A stretch of DNA of 57,191 nt from assembly GCA_023248155.1 (NCBI GenBank), contig JAHFFE010000002.1:197673-254863 (forward strand), written 5' to 3'. Of the stretch, positions 30,801 to 38,981 are shown piece after piece. Each line of letters opens with the position of its first letter. Position 1 is the stretch's first letter. The translations under genes were made by a program, and so were the position numbers. The notes beneath the pieces were generated by a model. The model searched no databases. It saw only the letters and a program-made list of their open reading frames with translations, and was not told the origin of the DNA. This DNA comes from Candidatus Omnitrophota bacterium. GTDB taxonomy: Bacteria; Omnitrophota; Gorgyraeia; 1-14-0-20-64-10.

Positions 30801-33800
30801 AGAGATGCGCCAGCGCGTGGAGCAGATGAAATCAGCCGCTGTTACGGCCGCGTCTCCTGAGTCGACCCCTGCTCAACAGACGGAGACGCTGGAACAGTGG
30901 GGCGTTTTGTCCGCCGAATTGACCTCTTCAGAAAGAGCGGAAGTCGAACCGGCGCTGGCCCCGGCGGCCCAGCGGCTGACGCGGCCGCATGGCGCCTGGG
31001 CGCTGGCCGGTTGGGCGCTTAATCATGGGCTGTTTGAACCGGAGTTGCCGGTTTCCAAACTGTTGACTCGGTTGGCATCGCAGTTTCCAACCGGTTCAAA
31101 AATCCGAGACCATGTTTTGATGCGCAGAAATATCGCAGACTTTAATGAAAAAGAAGCTGAGCGAAAAAGCCGCGACGGATCCTCATCGGCTTCGGTTGTT
31201 CCGGCAAAAAATCAAGTTCGGGTTCCTTCGGAAACGCTCGCCGATCTCCTGTTGCTGGCCGAGCAACAGTTGACCGATCTGGACCGCCTGCTTCAGCCAT
31301 TTCCAGAACAACAAGCGGTTATCCGGGAACAGCGCCATTGGGTGCGCAACCTCTGGACAGTGGAAGAGGTGGCTCGGTTGGGCCGCTCGGGCGTCGCTGT
31401 TGACGCCGGTTCGATTCGGATTACTTTCGGCTATTTGGATCGGTTTTCCGCTGATCTGGAACCGGATTTGTTGGAGGCCGTTCATCGATTATCGGGGAGA
31501 TCGGTCCGGCGATGGGTGGATCTCGATCAGAAAAGGATTCATGCGGCTGTTTCCGAATCGATGGCTGCCGGCGATATGCAGGCCGCCTATGCCGATTTGC
31601 TGGCATTGGATCAAACAATGGCAGCTGACGCCCAGATGCTTCGCCAACAGGGCTTTACTCAGGGGGCTTCTGTTTTGGAAACAGCGCGCGTTTCTCTGGC
31701 AATGGCGCTGGCGGCCACCGAAGGGATTCAGAAGAGCGAAGCTCTGGCGAGCCGAGTGACCGCCGATAGCGGTACCGCCGTTCATGCCGAATTGGAAGTC
31801 AACCAGCGGCTTCGTATTCAAGCTGGCCTGGGCTGGATCAGCCGCCTGAACGAAGCCCGCCGCCGCTTGCTGGACCGGTTCTCCGGGGAAGTCGAGCGGA
31901 CCGCTCGCGACCGAATGGCCTCTGTCAATTCGCTTTCCTTTGAACAGGCGGAGGCGCTAAATCGGTCGATCCAGGAAGGAATGGCGTCTCTATCCGAATT
32001 TTCCGACCTGGCTGGCCGCAGGACCGCGCTCTCGGAACTTCGTCAGCAGGTGCGCCGCCGCGCGCTGGCCAGCCCGCAGCAGCCGCCCGCGAAGGCCGCC
32101 CGATTTATTCTTGCGCAGGATGCGTTCCAGACGGCGTTAATCCAGGATAAGGATGTTCGCGCCTGGCTTCGTTCCGTGGCGGAAGGAGATTCCCCAAAAA
32201 ACACAGGAGTTCTTTTACCTCGCGTGACTCGCCAGAGAGCGAAGGGTTCCGGCATTACACAGGAATTCTACACGGCGGTGGAAAATCTGATGAACCCGTC
32301 CGCACCGGAGGCTGTTACCCCTGAAACGATTGTGGAACCAGAAACACCGCCGGAGTCATCAGCTATTTCCACGGAATCAGCGGCGATTGTTTCGGAGCCG
32401 GAACCCGAGCCGCCCGTAGTCATCGTTGCGCCGGTAGTACCCGAAATTTCATCGGCTGCCGTGGAACCGGTTGTGGTGCAAGAACTGGTGCCGGAGCCTG
32501 TTGTAACATCGGAACCGGAATCGCCCCCGGTTGTCATCGTATCGGCGCCCATTGTTGCCGTGCCGGTTTCTACAGCCGTTCTTCCCGCGTCCGAAACCAG
32601 GTGGAAATCCCAAGAAGTTACACTGTTGCCGGACAATTATGTTCGGATAACAACTGCAGATCCAACAGACCTCGTGCAGATGGAGTTTGGCGGCAGGGAA
32701 TGGCTGGGAGTGAAGACTTACCCGGTAGAAAGGATTAATGTAGTCACCTCAAAACATCTGATTCCGGTATCCGGCAATGAACTAGCGGCGGCCGCGCTGG
32801 CAACGGGAGACTGGCGGCAGGCTGCTTCTCTGTTAGGACGGGAGGAAAAACACCAAAAGGCTCACGAAGGGGAGTGGGTTAACAACTCGGTCTTGGTCTA
32901 TGCAGGGGTTGATGACAGGTTCGGCATTGAAAATGAGATTTACTTTCTTTCGCCGGAAGATCTTCAACGGATGCGAGAGGATTTAACTGTGATCACCGGC
33001 AGCCGTAAAACCGGAGCTCTCGGAAAGCAGCGCTTTTTTGAAGCGAGGGCTGTACGGCTCACCGTTCGGTTTAACTCTGAAGATCGGGTTGGAAGCGTCA
33101 TACCGGTGACCGTATTTAACTCGCGTCAACAGTACGGCAGCCCGGTGATTGGAACGGCAGACTCGCTTGGACCGCTTCCGCAATTGCCCAAAACAGTTTC
33201 GTCCCAGATGGTTTCAGCTTCATCGCCTGTTTCGGTCTCTGCGGCTGCGGTTGTGTCCCTATCGCCTACAAAACAAAAACAGCTGTCGAGAGCCGAGCAA
33301 ATAGCGGAGAACAATAATCGGCTCGAGCAATCCCGTGATCCTCAAGAAGTAGCCCAGGTACTGCTTTCCGACGCGCGGTTTTCCCCGGCGATCGATGAGA
33401 ATTTCCGGGTTCCTTCCGAGGACGGCGCGGGCAATCTCCGGTCGTGGCTGGAATCGGTTCGAGATCACAAGACCGATGTTAATCTTGCCAGACAGCTTCA
33501 AAGAACCCGGGCGGCCGTTGATTCGGTGGAAGGCAACAACCGTCAGTTGTTTTATCAGGCATTCGACAGTATGCTTCCATTCGCGTTACAGGAAGCGGGT
33601 GCCAGCGCCGCCGAAAATACTTCCGCTGGTCTGGAAGAAAAGACAATGCCGGTGGCGCAGTTTGAAGAGGAGTACGGAAAACTTTTGGCTGGGCTGAACG
33701 CGGAACATTTGGCCGACCTGAAACACGCGGGCGCCGACTCGGTTATCGTGATTCCGCTGACCGGACAACTGCCGCTTTATGTACAGGGATCGGATTTGTT

Positions 33801-34110
33801 GAAGGCTGTTCGCGATGAGTTTGCCGGCAAACTGGGTGGCGACCGGTTCGCTCCGGAATTAATTACCGAAACTATTGCGTGGCAGAAAATTGGATTGGTC
33901 TTGAAAGATGAAACGCTGGATGAACTCCCATTAAATCCAAACGCACTCCCTATCAGGGACAGTTCCGCTGATAAAATCAATGAGCTGGACCCCGTAGAAT
34001 TGTTGCTGGAGATTTTTAAATCCCATTTGCCGTCCGATTCCGTCCATATGGGTGAAATGCTGTTGACCGATCAATCGGGCCAAACCTATCTGGTTTTACT
34101 TTCCGCATGA
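27865..34110 (+). CDS. giant exported protein P1 (2,081 aa), AGxEE-delimited family, no recognisable catalytic domain
   Basis: Uninterrupted 6.2-kb ORF. Signal peptide ...LPPQSAWA|LRAVS and leader ending in SGLEE (27979-27993). A Pro/Glu/Val linker lies around 32290-32590. AGLEE (33625-33639) precedes a 156-aa terminal module. Confidence 0.8.
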   Translation: MYRFFAGLIILSLILPPQSAWALRAVSAKESAGLKQLASGLEERIGSPDSDATDAELLRQLDSHPQTDSAGHPYMKTLTDFHSAVAEPLLKRNSGLTDLDRDRLIKTVLPGFRGEIRLFDLSFLVVPVRLNTDGSIDIARQVLEQAPADLLINLFTSYDTAALLRWAEINLKQVTPSPAIGRLERFVAGGADRQAKKKKTSRPSEPKSRPADTLPAAEQLTTDLFLGDGVDLADTLSSATLELGLQALLRDSDLPEPPPAAAAEPALPPPVPGTVISSSGQLKTEMARRVRDLHAGIIPDNMVVMTGNGFDQDQIKISVGALPGAPIQTEVLILPGLSQPGVFLPDPRTGSASSLPYRIVWDPKPVLEALRKNVVLEEMRGMMRGDIQRAQDSMPWLNRLLDTAERLLADQGEEARIQNARAAQPKIDQLLKVVSEKEEEFYRLYGRLSSVLIELKEQADENGEIPSELAQARLQELATLFSAYPRAEYGILDIVRTLPQQDAVSLRDIENALSGTKVFLQRNHKQEISGQLPAEIILNFYHDAKRIANRRYLQQLKLRFQAAGEDPSDSDREAVSQFALAVLSEETGHLISNWISSSQDRAGSPAHPLPVSVLGVGFLNAQNQMRFIPGGLVEYDIPAQREFHWSADRVLPSYQAGDRIVLMLPSHTGGLTQNQFHAFFEGWFYLMNENPEIPEILLAIAEEDGSIRLLRPRIPERGKEAWATLARISNEINACYQTSAEWISRMKSSGSNAWLVNNMRAAGSLLSVAQKAQSSDMSGREWWIRRFRVSELFLAEVSSLFGPDAAEAVREQWKADPRHAKTLEDLRDRLNLPDIEQKRPREVAAIRQRVSYIGRTPEDLGYVFAPLIDLAVAVVEERQGVDLLNTPWMFEEVPLFPNEPKPEQKKKDWFAETWALWKKEDRFRKNPRFGKAEDAEPFARTWVAERVAKAVDGKDPEFKWIDFSKALEAHRKQEARRREEMRQRVEQMKSAAVTAASPESTPAQQTETLEQWGVLSAELTSSERAEVEPALAPAAQRLTRPHGAWALAGWALNHGLFEPELPVSKLLTRLASQFPTGSKIRDHVLMRRNIADFNEKEAERKSRDGSSSASVVPAKNQVRVPSETLADLLLLAEQQLTDLDRLLQPFPEQQAVIREQRHWVRNLWTVEEVARLGRSGVAVDAGSIRITFGYLDRFSADLEPDLLEAVHRLSGRSVRRWVDLDQKRIHAAVSESMAAGDMQAAYADLLALDQTMAADAQMLRQQGFTQGASVLETARVSLAMALAATEGIQKSEALASRVTADSGTAVHAELEVNQRLRIQAGLGWISRLNEARRRLLDRFSGEVERTARDRMASVNSLSFEQAEALNRSIQEGMASLSEFSDLAGRRTALSELRQQVRRRALASPQQPPAKAARFILAQDAFQTALIQDKDVRAWLRSVAEGDSPKNTGVLLPRVTRQRAKGSGITQEFYTAVENLMNPSAPEAVTPETIVEPETPPESSAISTESAAIVSEPEPEPPVVIVAPVVPEISSAAVEPVVVQELVPEPVVTSEPESPPVVIVSAPIVAVPVSTAVLPASETRWKSQEVTLLPDNYVRITTADPTDLVQMEFGGREWLGVKTYPVERINVVTSKHLIPVSGNELAAAALATGDWRQAASLLGREEKHQKAHEGEWVNNSVLVYAGVDDRFGIENEIYFLSPEDLQRMREDLTVITGSRKTGALGKQRFFEARAVRLTVRFNSEDRVGSVIPVTVFNSRQQYGSPVIGTADSLGPLPQLPKTVSSQMVSASSPVSVSAAAVVSLSPTKQKQLSRAEQIAENNNRLEQSRDPQEVAQVLLSDARFSPAIDENFRVPSEDGAGNLRSWLESVRDHKTDVNLARQLQRTRAAVDSVEGNNRQLFYQAFDSMLPFALQEAGASAAENTSAGLEEKTMPVAQFEEEYGKLLAGLNAEHLADLKHAGADSVIVIPLTGQLPLYVQGSDLLKAVRDEFAGKLGGDRFAPELITETIAWQKIGLVLKDETLDELPLNPNALPIRDSSADKINELDPVELLLEIFKSHLPSDSVHMGEMLLTDQSGQTYLVLLSA

Positions 34111-37100
34111 GGAAGATATCCGTTTTATTACTGGTCGCGTTTCTGGCCAATTCTATTCCTGCGTACGCATTGCGCGTCGAGCAGCCGGAACATCCTGCTT
34201 CCCAATTCACTCTGGCGCGACGACTTAATGACTCTTCCGGGTTGGAAGAAGTCAAACCTCTGTGGACCACTGATCTGGGAAAAAACCGGATTTGGCAAAC
34301 GAGTTTACTGCCTGGAGCCCAACGCCGGATCGCGGCCATCACAACAACATTTCTTCATATCGGAGATCTTCAGGAATCACCGGTGCCAGCGTTGAATTTG
34401 AAGACGGTTTCTTTGCAACTAAAGTCGTCCGAAAGTTATCGAGGCATGGTCGTCGGCCCTGTCACCGATTCCGGCAATCAATTTCTAGCCATGGGATCAA
34501 CCAGCGGCAGAGTGGTCGTCCGCGACCTGAATTCCGAGGATGCTCCTACTGTTGTTTTAGGCGACACCAGGAGTTTTCAGGCCAGCGGCAGTGTGGCGAT
34601 TGATCCCGACGGAAAAACTGTATTTGTCACAGGAATAAATTCTCGGGTTCACGCCTGGAATATGGAGACGCAGACAGCGGTTCCCAATCATCCGACAGCT
34701 TCTTTTTTTGAGCCGGACTCCAATGAAGCGAAATTCATTCAGGACTCGGACAAGCGGTTGACGGCGCTCACGGGCAAAAGCCAGATTCAGATATGGGATT
34801 CGCGAGATCAGACCGGATGGCGGTGGCGGCCGTCTAAGTTAGGGGATTTGTCTGTTTCGCAATTCAGCCGCACCGGAAAATTGATCGCGGTTGCTCAGAA
34901 CAATGTTATTCATCTTTTTCCCACGGATGACCGGGATAGAGTCAGGACTCTTAAAGAGGCGCGAATGGGGAAAGAAATAACCAGCCTTGCCTTCAGTCCT
35001 GATTCCGAGTATTTGATTGCGGGGGACAAACGGGGCATTCTTCACATGTGGAATATTGCGAGTTCGCGCGCGACGGAATCCAACGCCCAAATTCAGGCGC
35101 ACGAGGGGCCGATCTCTTCGTTGTTTTTTTATACCGACAAACTATCGGGCCGTACCGCCCTGGTTTCGTCCGGCCATGACGGCAATGTCAAAGCGTGGGA
35201 CTTGGCCGCCTTGATTTCCGCCGGGCTGGAAGAAGATCTGCCGGATGAATTAGTGAGGGCGACTTTTTCGGGGGAAAGAGTTCCTGTGCGGGTTCTCGAT
35301 CTGGCGAGGGATAGGCCGTTCTTCAACGCGGTTTACACCGCGCCCGATGAACAAGTTAAAGGGTTTGTCCCCATCGCTCGTCTTTTTCATGATCCTGGAG
35401 AGCGAATGCGAGTCAACCAAAAATGGGACCGTCTAATGGCCAACGGTGATGAGCCGATCATGGCCCGGGTTGATTTGCAGGGCGGAGAGTTGCATTTTTA
35501 TCCCGATCTGGAGCTGAACGCGCTGGACAGCGCGCTGAATCGCTTACTGACCGATGTGGAAAAGATGGTTGGCGCATCTCCTCTTGGTCTGCCTGCTCAG
35601 GTAGTTAAGCGGGTCACCGGAGGGAAAGGGGCCGAGGTCCTCTATCGGCTCGAAGATGGCAGTGGCCGCGGGGGGCGCGGCTACCTAACAGTTGCTGGAG
35701 ACTACTCCAACTGGCTCCAGCAGCAAATCGGACATGAGATCCGCGTCACTCCGGTAGGGGTCGACCGCGACAGGAGCGAACGGCAGGTGATTTTCCGGCC
35801 CGCCGGATTGCCGTTGAACAAAGGTGCTTTGCTGGAGCAGAAACTGCTTGAGAGATCGGTGCCATCCGATGAAATTGAGAGCTTTCTTGATCGGCAGTTA
35901 CTTCAGGACAGGGAACTGCCGAAACTGTTGATCCCGATTTACGAGCATAGCCGTTCCCGCGTATGGAGAAATATGACGCGTTCGCACCGGCTTGCGGTTT
36001 TGCGCTGGCTGGCAGGCAGAAGCGATTCCGCCGATGCCGACCTGGCCGGCTGGTTGTTCCACATGTTTGCTCGGGCCTCGAAGGATCCAATGCATGGGCG
36101 GACCATCCAGGCCTGGGCTCTGCGCGGCATGGCGGGTGCCGCTCGAGATGACGCGCAAACGGAAACCGCGCGGCAAAGCGTCGAAGCGTGGTTTCAGCGG
36201 ACGCCTCTTCCCGAACCGAAACACACGGCGATTCTGGATCCGGTCGTTTATGAATTGTTCGGGTGGCCCCAAGATGCCTACGCGCTTTCTTTGGATGTCC
36301 AAGCCCGTTTCTCCGCGGGCCAGGAAGAAAACACCGCGGCCTGGGACGCTCTGCAGGACAAGATCAATAAGGAGACTCCAATCAAAGTGCGTATTGGGGA
36401 GGTTCTCCACGCCAGTAAAAGTGTAGCCATCCGTTATAGCCATGATGGAGAAGATCTTCCTGGAGTAATGCCTTTTCCTGCTATAGAAAACCTTCCATCA
36501 TCTTACTTGGCGGATTTGTTCTTGCTTCAAAAAGGGCAGGAAATCGATGTTCTTCCAAAACAGATTATCATCGACGACTTAAACCGGAAGCAATTCACTG
36601 CTTTTGTGGGAATTGCTGAATTTGATTTTCTGGGTCAGCGCCTGCAGGCGATACGAGAAATTCAGCGGGCTGCGGCCAGTGGTGTGGAAATTGAAATGGA
36701 ATTATTAGGAGTAGTGAATAAAGAAAGAGGAGTTGTTGCATTCAAATATCAATCGTCTGCTGGAGACGTTGTTTTTAAAACCTATTTAAGCCGGTTTTTC
36801 TCAACAGGAGTAACTGGAAATTATCCTGTTCACACTGTGAATAGTTGGGTAGCGTATCATACCGGGAAGAGTAAAAGAGTAAAAATTATTCCGACGGAAT
36901 TTCAAAAGGGCGGCTCTTACCCGCAGGTTTATTTCAAGGTGAACCTGTCTAACGAGGAGCTGAATCAGGAAATTTGGCATGGACGGGCTGAGCTTAAGCA
37001 GAAGTTTGATCAAGGTCATACGGTCGATTTCGGAGTGGAATGGTTTTCTCATAACAGCGTGCAAGTCTTTTATATTGGAGAACAGGGATGGGCGCGAACG

Positions 37101-38735
37101 ATTGTTCCCATGAGTTTGCTGTTTGATGCTTCAGAGCAGGTTTCGCTGGATGATACCCAGGAGTGGGTTTTGCGGAGTGTCGGTGATTTATGGAGAGGGG
37201 TTCCATTGGTTTCCAACAGAGACGGTTCGGGCTATCCTATCGTTGGTAATCCCAAATTTTCTGCTCGTCGGGCATTAGATCAAGTAGAACCGGCTCTTCA
37301 AGAACTGCGCGAAATGGCTGGACGATCGGTTCCTCCGGAAATTACGGTCATCGCGCGAATGGCCAATTCCAATGGATTGGCCGTTCTTTATGAAGGGAAA
37401 AATGGTTCATGGAAAAGAGGATATATTGATATTCGCGAGGTTAAGCCAACCGGCGCAAGTCCTGAACAGCGTCGCCAGTGGATGAATCAAGCCATAGACC
37501 GCAAAATCCACGTTACGCTCAGAGCAATCAAAACCCCAGAATCTTCCACCAAGGTATATTTTTCCTGGCCGGACCCTGAGCGGGATTTGCACGATGATTT
37601 TGGCGCCGGGATACTTGGCGCCGGCCAGGAAGAAGCGTATGCCTATATGGGTCGCTTTATGGATAAAGATCCTTTGGTGCGCCGTGCCGCGCGCAATGAA
37701 TTGTTGAGACGGGGTGACGCCGCCATACCGATTGTCATCGAACTGTTTGGATTGATAAGTAATTCGCGTATTGAAATGGTTCAAACCGTTCGCGTGCTGG
37801 CCGCCGAAAATCCTTCATTTATTTCTCATGTCATAGAGCCGATCCGCCGGCATCTGGATGGAGATCCTGAATGGGGAAGTTATACTCCTTTGCGTAACGC
37901 ATTAATGACGCTCTCTGCGCTGAGTCCGGAGCAGGCTTCTGACGCGATTCCGTTGCTGGAGCGGTTGTTATCGAGAGAAGAACGCAACCGTGTTATAGGA
38001 TTCGATCCCGACTTTAGCAATCAAGGACATACCTGGTCGGTCTGGATATTTCCCTATGCGTTTCAGGCAATTCGCCAACTTTCTTCCAGTCGATATAATG
38101 AAATGCTTGCCCAATGGACTGTTTATAAAAATTCTGGGCCGGAAATTTACAGATTCTTGGTGAATTCTATTCTTGAAAATCTTGAACGGATCGATCAGGA
38201 AAGAGGCATTCCGCACGCCGATGCGTGGGCTTCCACGGAACCGTTGATTGAGGCGGCTGTTCAGCCGGTGCATCAGCTGGCCGAGCAGGAAAAGCCGCTG
38301 ATTGTACTGGTTAGATCCGATATGGTGCGCGGCGATCGGGAGGATATTCCTTGGGAACAAATTTCCAGACAGTTGTCGGAATTAACCGGCTATCCGTCGA
38401 TTCAGGTCGATGATTCTTCTTCATCTCGAGTGTTGGGATATCAGAGAAGCGGAAATACAATCATTCATCTGGTTCCGGAAGATTTTCCTGCAGGGTATGA
38501 GCGTGTTATGCTCAACACGGTCCGCGTGAAATTAGGCACGAATAAGGATGTTGAGAGGGACATGTTTAGTATTGAGCTGCATGCGTTACCGGGTGTCATT
38601 ACCGGTGCGTTGGCGCACTGGCAACAGTATCAAAACGAAGCACAAATTCCTGTTTTTAACGCAATTCCATATATGAATTTGAACCTGCTTTCCGCGGCCG
38701 ATGTCTGGCAGATTCTCGCCGATCAGTTTGCGTAA
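34107..38735 (+). CDS. giant exported protein P2 (1,542 aa): WD40-like propeller + S1/OB-like repeats + HEAT-like region, AGxEE-delimited family
   Basis: An ATGA overlap joins it to the P1 stop. Signal peptide ...NSIPAYA|LRVE with SGLEE at 34236-34250. WD-type blades are visible (e.g. GHDGNVKAWDL, GDKRGILHMWNI). About six S1-like modules follow, with AG[LQ]EE at 35220, 36315 and 37620. Confidence 0.8.
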   Translation: MRKISVLLLVAFLANSIPAYALRVEQPEHPASQFTLARRLNDSSGLEEVKPLWTTDLGKNRIWQTSLLPGAQRRIAAITTTFLHIGDLQESPVPALNLKTVSLQLKSSESYRGMVVGPVTDSGNQFLAMGSTSGRVVVRDLNSEDAPTVVLGDTRSFQASGSVAIDPDGKTVFVTGINSRVHAWNMETQTAVPNHPTASFFEPDSNEAKFIQDSDKRLTALTGKSQIQIWDSRDQTGWRWRPSKLGDLSVSQFSRTGKLIAVAQNNVIHLFPTDDRDRVRTLKEARMGKEITSLAFSPDSEYLIAGDKRGILHMWNIASSRATESNAQIQAHEGPISSLFFYTDKLSGRTALVSSGHDGNVKAWDLAALISAGLEEDLPDELVRATFSGERVPVRVLDLARDRPFFNAVYTAPDEQVKGFVPIARLFHDPGERMRVNQKWDRLMANGDEPIMARVDLQGGELHFYPDLELNALDSALNRLLTDVEKMVGASPLGLPAQVVKRVTGGKGAEVLYRLEDGSGRGGRGYLTVAGDYSNWLQQQIGHEIRVTPVGVDRDRSERQVIFRPAGLPLNKGALLEQKLLERSVPSDEIESFLDRQLLQDRELPKLLIPIYEHSRSRVWRNMTRSHRLAVLRWLAGRSDSADADLAGWLFHMFARASKDPMHGRTIQAWALRGMAGAARDDAQTETARQSVEAWFQRTPLPEPKHTAILDPVVYELFGWPQDAYALSLDVQARFSAGQEENTAAWDALQDKINKETPIKVRIGEVLHASKSVAIRYSHDGEDLPGVMPFPAIENLPSSYLADLFLLQKGQEIDVLPKQIIIDDLNRKQFTAFVGIAEFDFLGQRLQAIREIQRAAASGVEIEMELLGVVNKERGVVAFKYQSSAGDVVFKTYLSRFFSTGVTGNYPVHTVNSWVAYHTGKSKRVKIIPTEFQKGGSYPQVYFKVNLSNEELNQEIWHGRAELKQKFDQGHTVDFGVEWFSHNSVQVFYIGEQGWARTIVPMSLLFDASEQVSLDDTQEWVLRSVGDLWRGVPLVSNRDGSGYPIVGNPKFSARRALDQVEPALQELREMAGRSVPPEITVIARMANSNGLAVLYEGKNGSWKRGYIDIREVKPTGASPEQRRQWMNQAIDRKIHVTLRAIKTPESSTKVYFSWPDPERDLHDDFGAGILGAGQEEAYAYMGRFMDKDPLVRRAARNELLRRGDAAIPIVIELFGLISNSRIEMVQTVRVLAAENPSFISHVIEPIRRHLDGDPEWGSYTPLRNALMTLSALSPEQASDAIPLLERLLSREERNRVIGFDPDFSNQGHTWSVWIFPYAFQAIRQLSSSRYNEMLAQWTVYKNSGPEIYRFLVNSILENLERIDQERGIPHADAWASTEPLIEAAVQPVHQLAEQEKPLIVLVRSDMVRGDREDIPWEQISRQLSELTGYPSIQVDDSSSSRVLGYQRSGNTIIHLVPEDFPAGYERVMLNTVRVKLGTNKDVERDMFSIELHALPGVITGALAHWQQYQNEAQIPVFNAIPYMNLNLLSAADVWQILADQFA

Positions 38736-38768
38736 GGCTGTGCTATCATAGTCTATTCTGCGAGCTTT

Positions 38769-38842
38769 GCGCTCGTAGCTCAGCTGGATAGAGCACTAGC
38801 CTCCGAAGCTAGGGGTCGCGCGTTCAAATCGCGCCGAGCGCG
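38769..38842 (+). tRNA. tRNA-Arg (anticodon CCG)
   Basis: Hand-folded cloverleaf. Acceptor stem is GCGCTCG/CGAGCGC. Anticodon arm is CTAGC-CTCCGAA-GCTAG. T-arm is GCGCG-TTCAAAT-CGCGC. Discriminator is G with no CCA, followed by TTTTTT. Confidence 0.9.
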
Positions 38843-38848
38843 TTTTTT

Positions 38849-38926
38849 ATGTCATCCTGAGATCGTTTTTGCTCAGGATCTTGATAACAAATGCAAGATG
38901 CTGAACAAAAAATTTTCAGCATGACA
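38849..38926 (+). repeat. two-hairpin repeat family C, copy 1
   Basis: ATGTCAT-[ATCCTGAG..CTCAGGAT]-ATCTT..-[ATGCTGAA..TTCAGCAT]-GACA. The first ~36 nt align with 50256-50291. Confidence 0.6.
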
Positions 38927-38981
38927 AGGGTATTGATCGGGCAATAATCGATGGACATATTTGAATAGAGAGAAGGTTTTT

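Noticed and set aside
26806-38842. xerD + giant genes + tRNA-Arg interpreted as an integrase-bounded genomic island
   Set aside because: The recombinase has canonical XerC/D features and sits in line after ligA as a housekeeping gene. I found no direct repeat of the tRNA-Arg 3' end in the 27730-27864 spacer. Horizontal origin is still possible (see the GC finding), but this is not a classical tRNA-integrated island.
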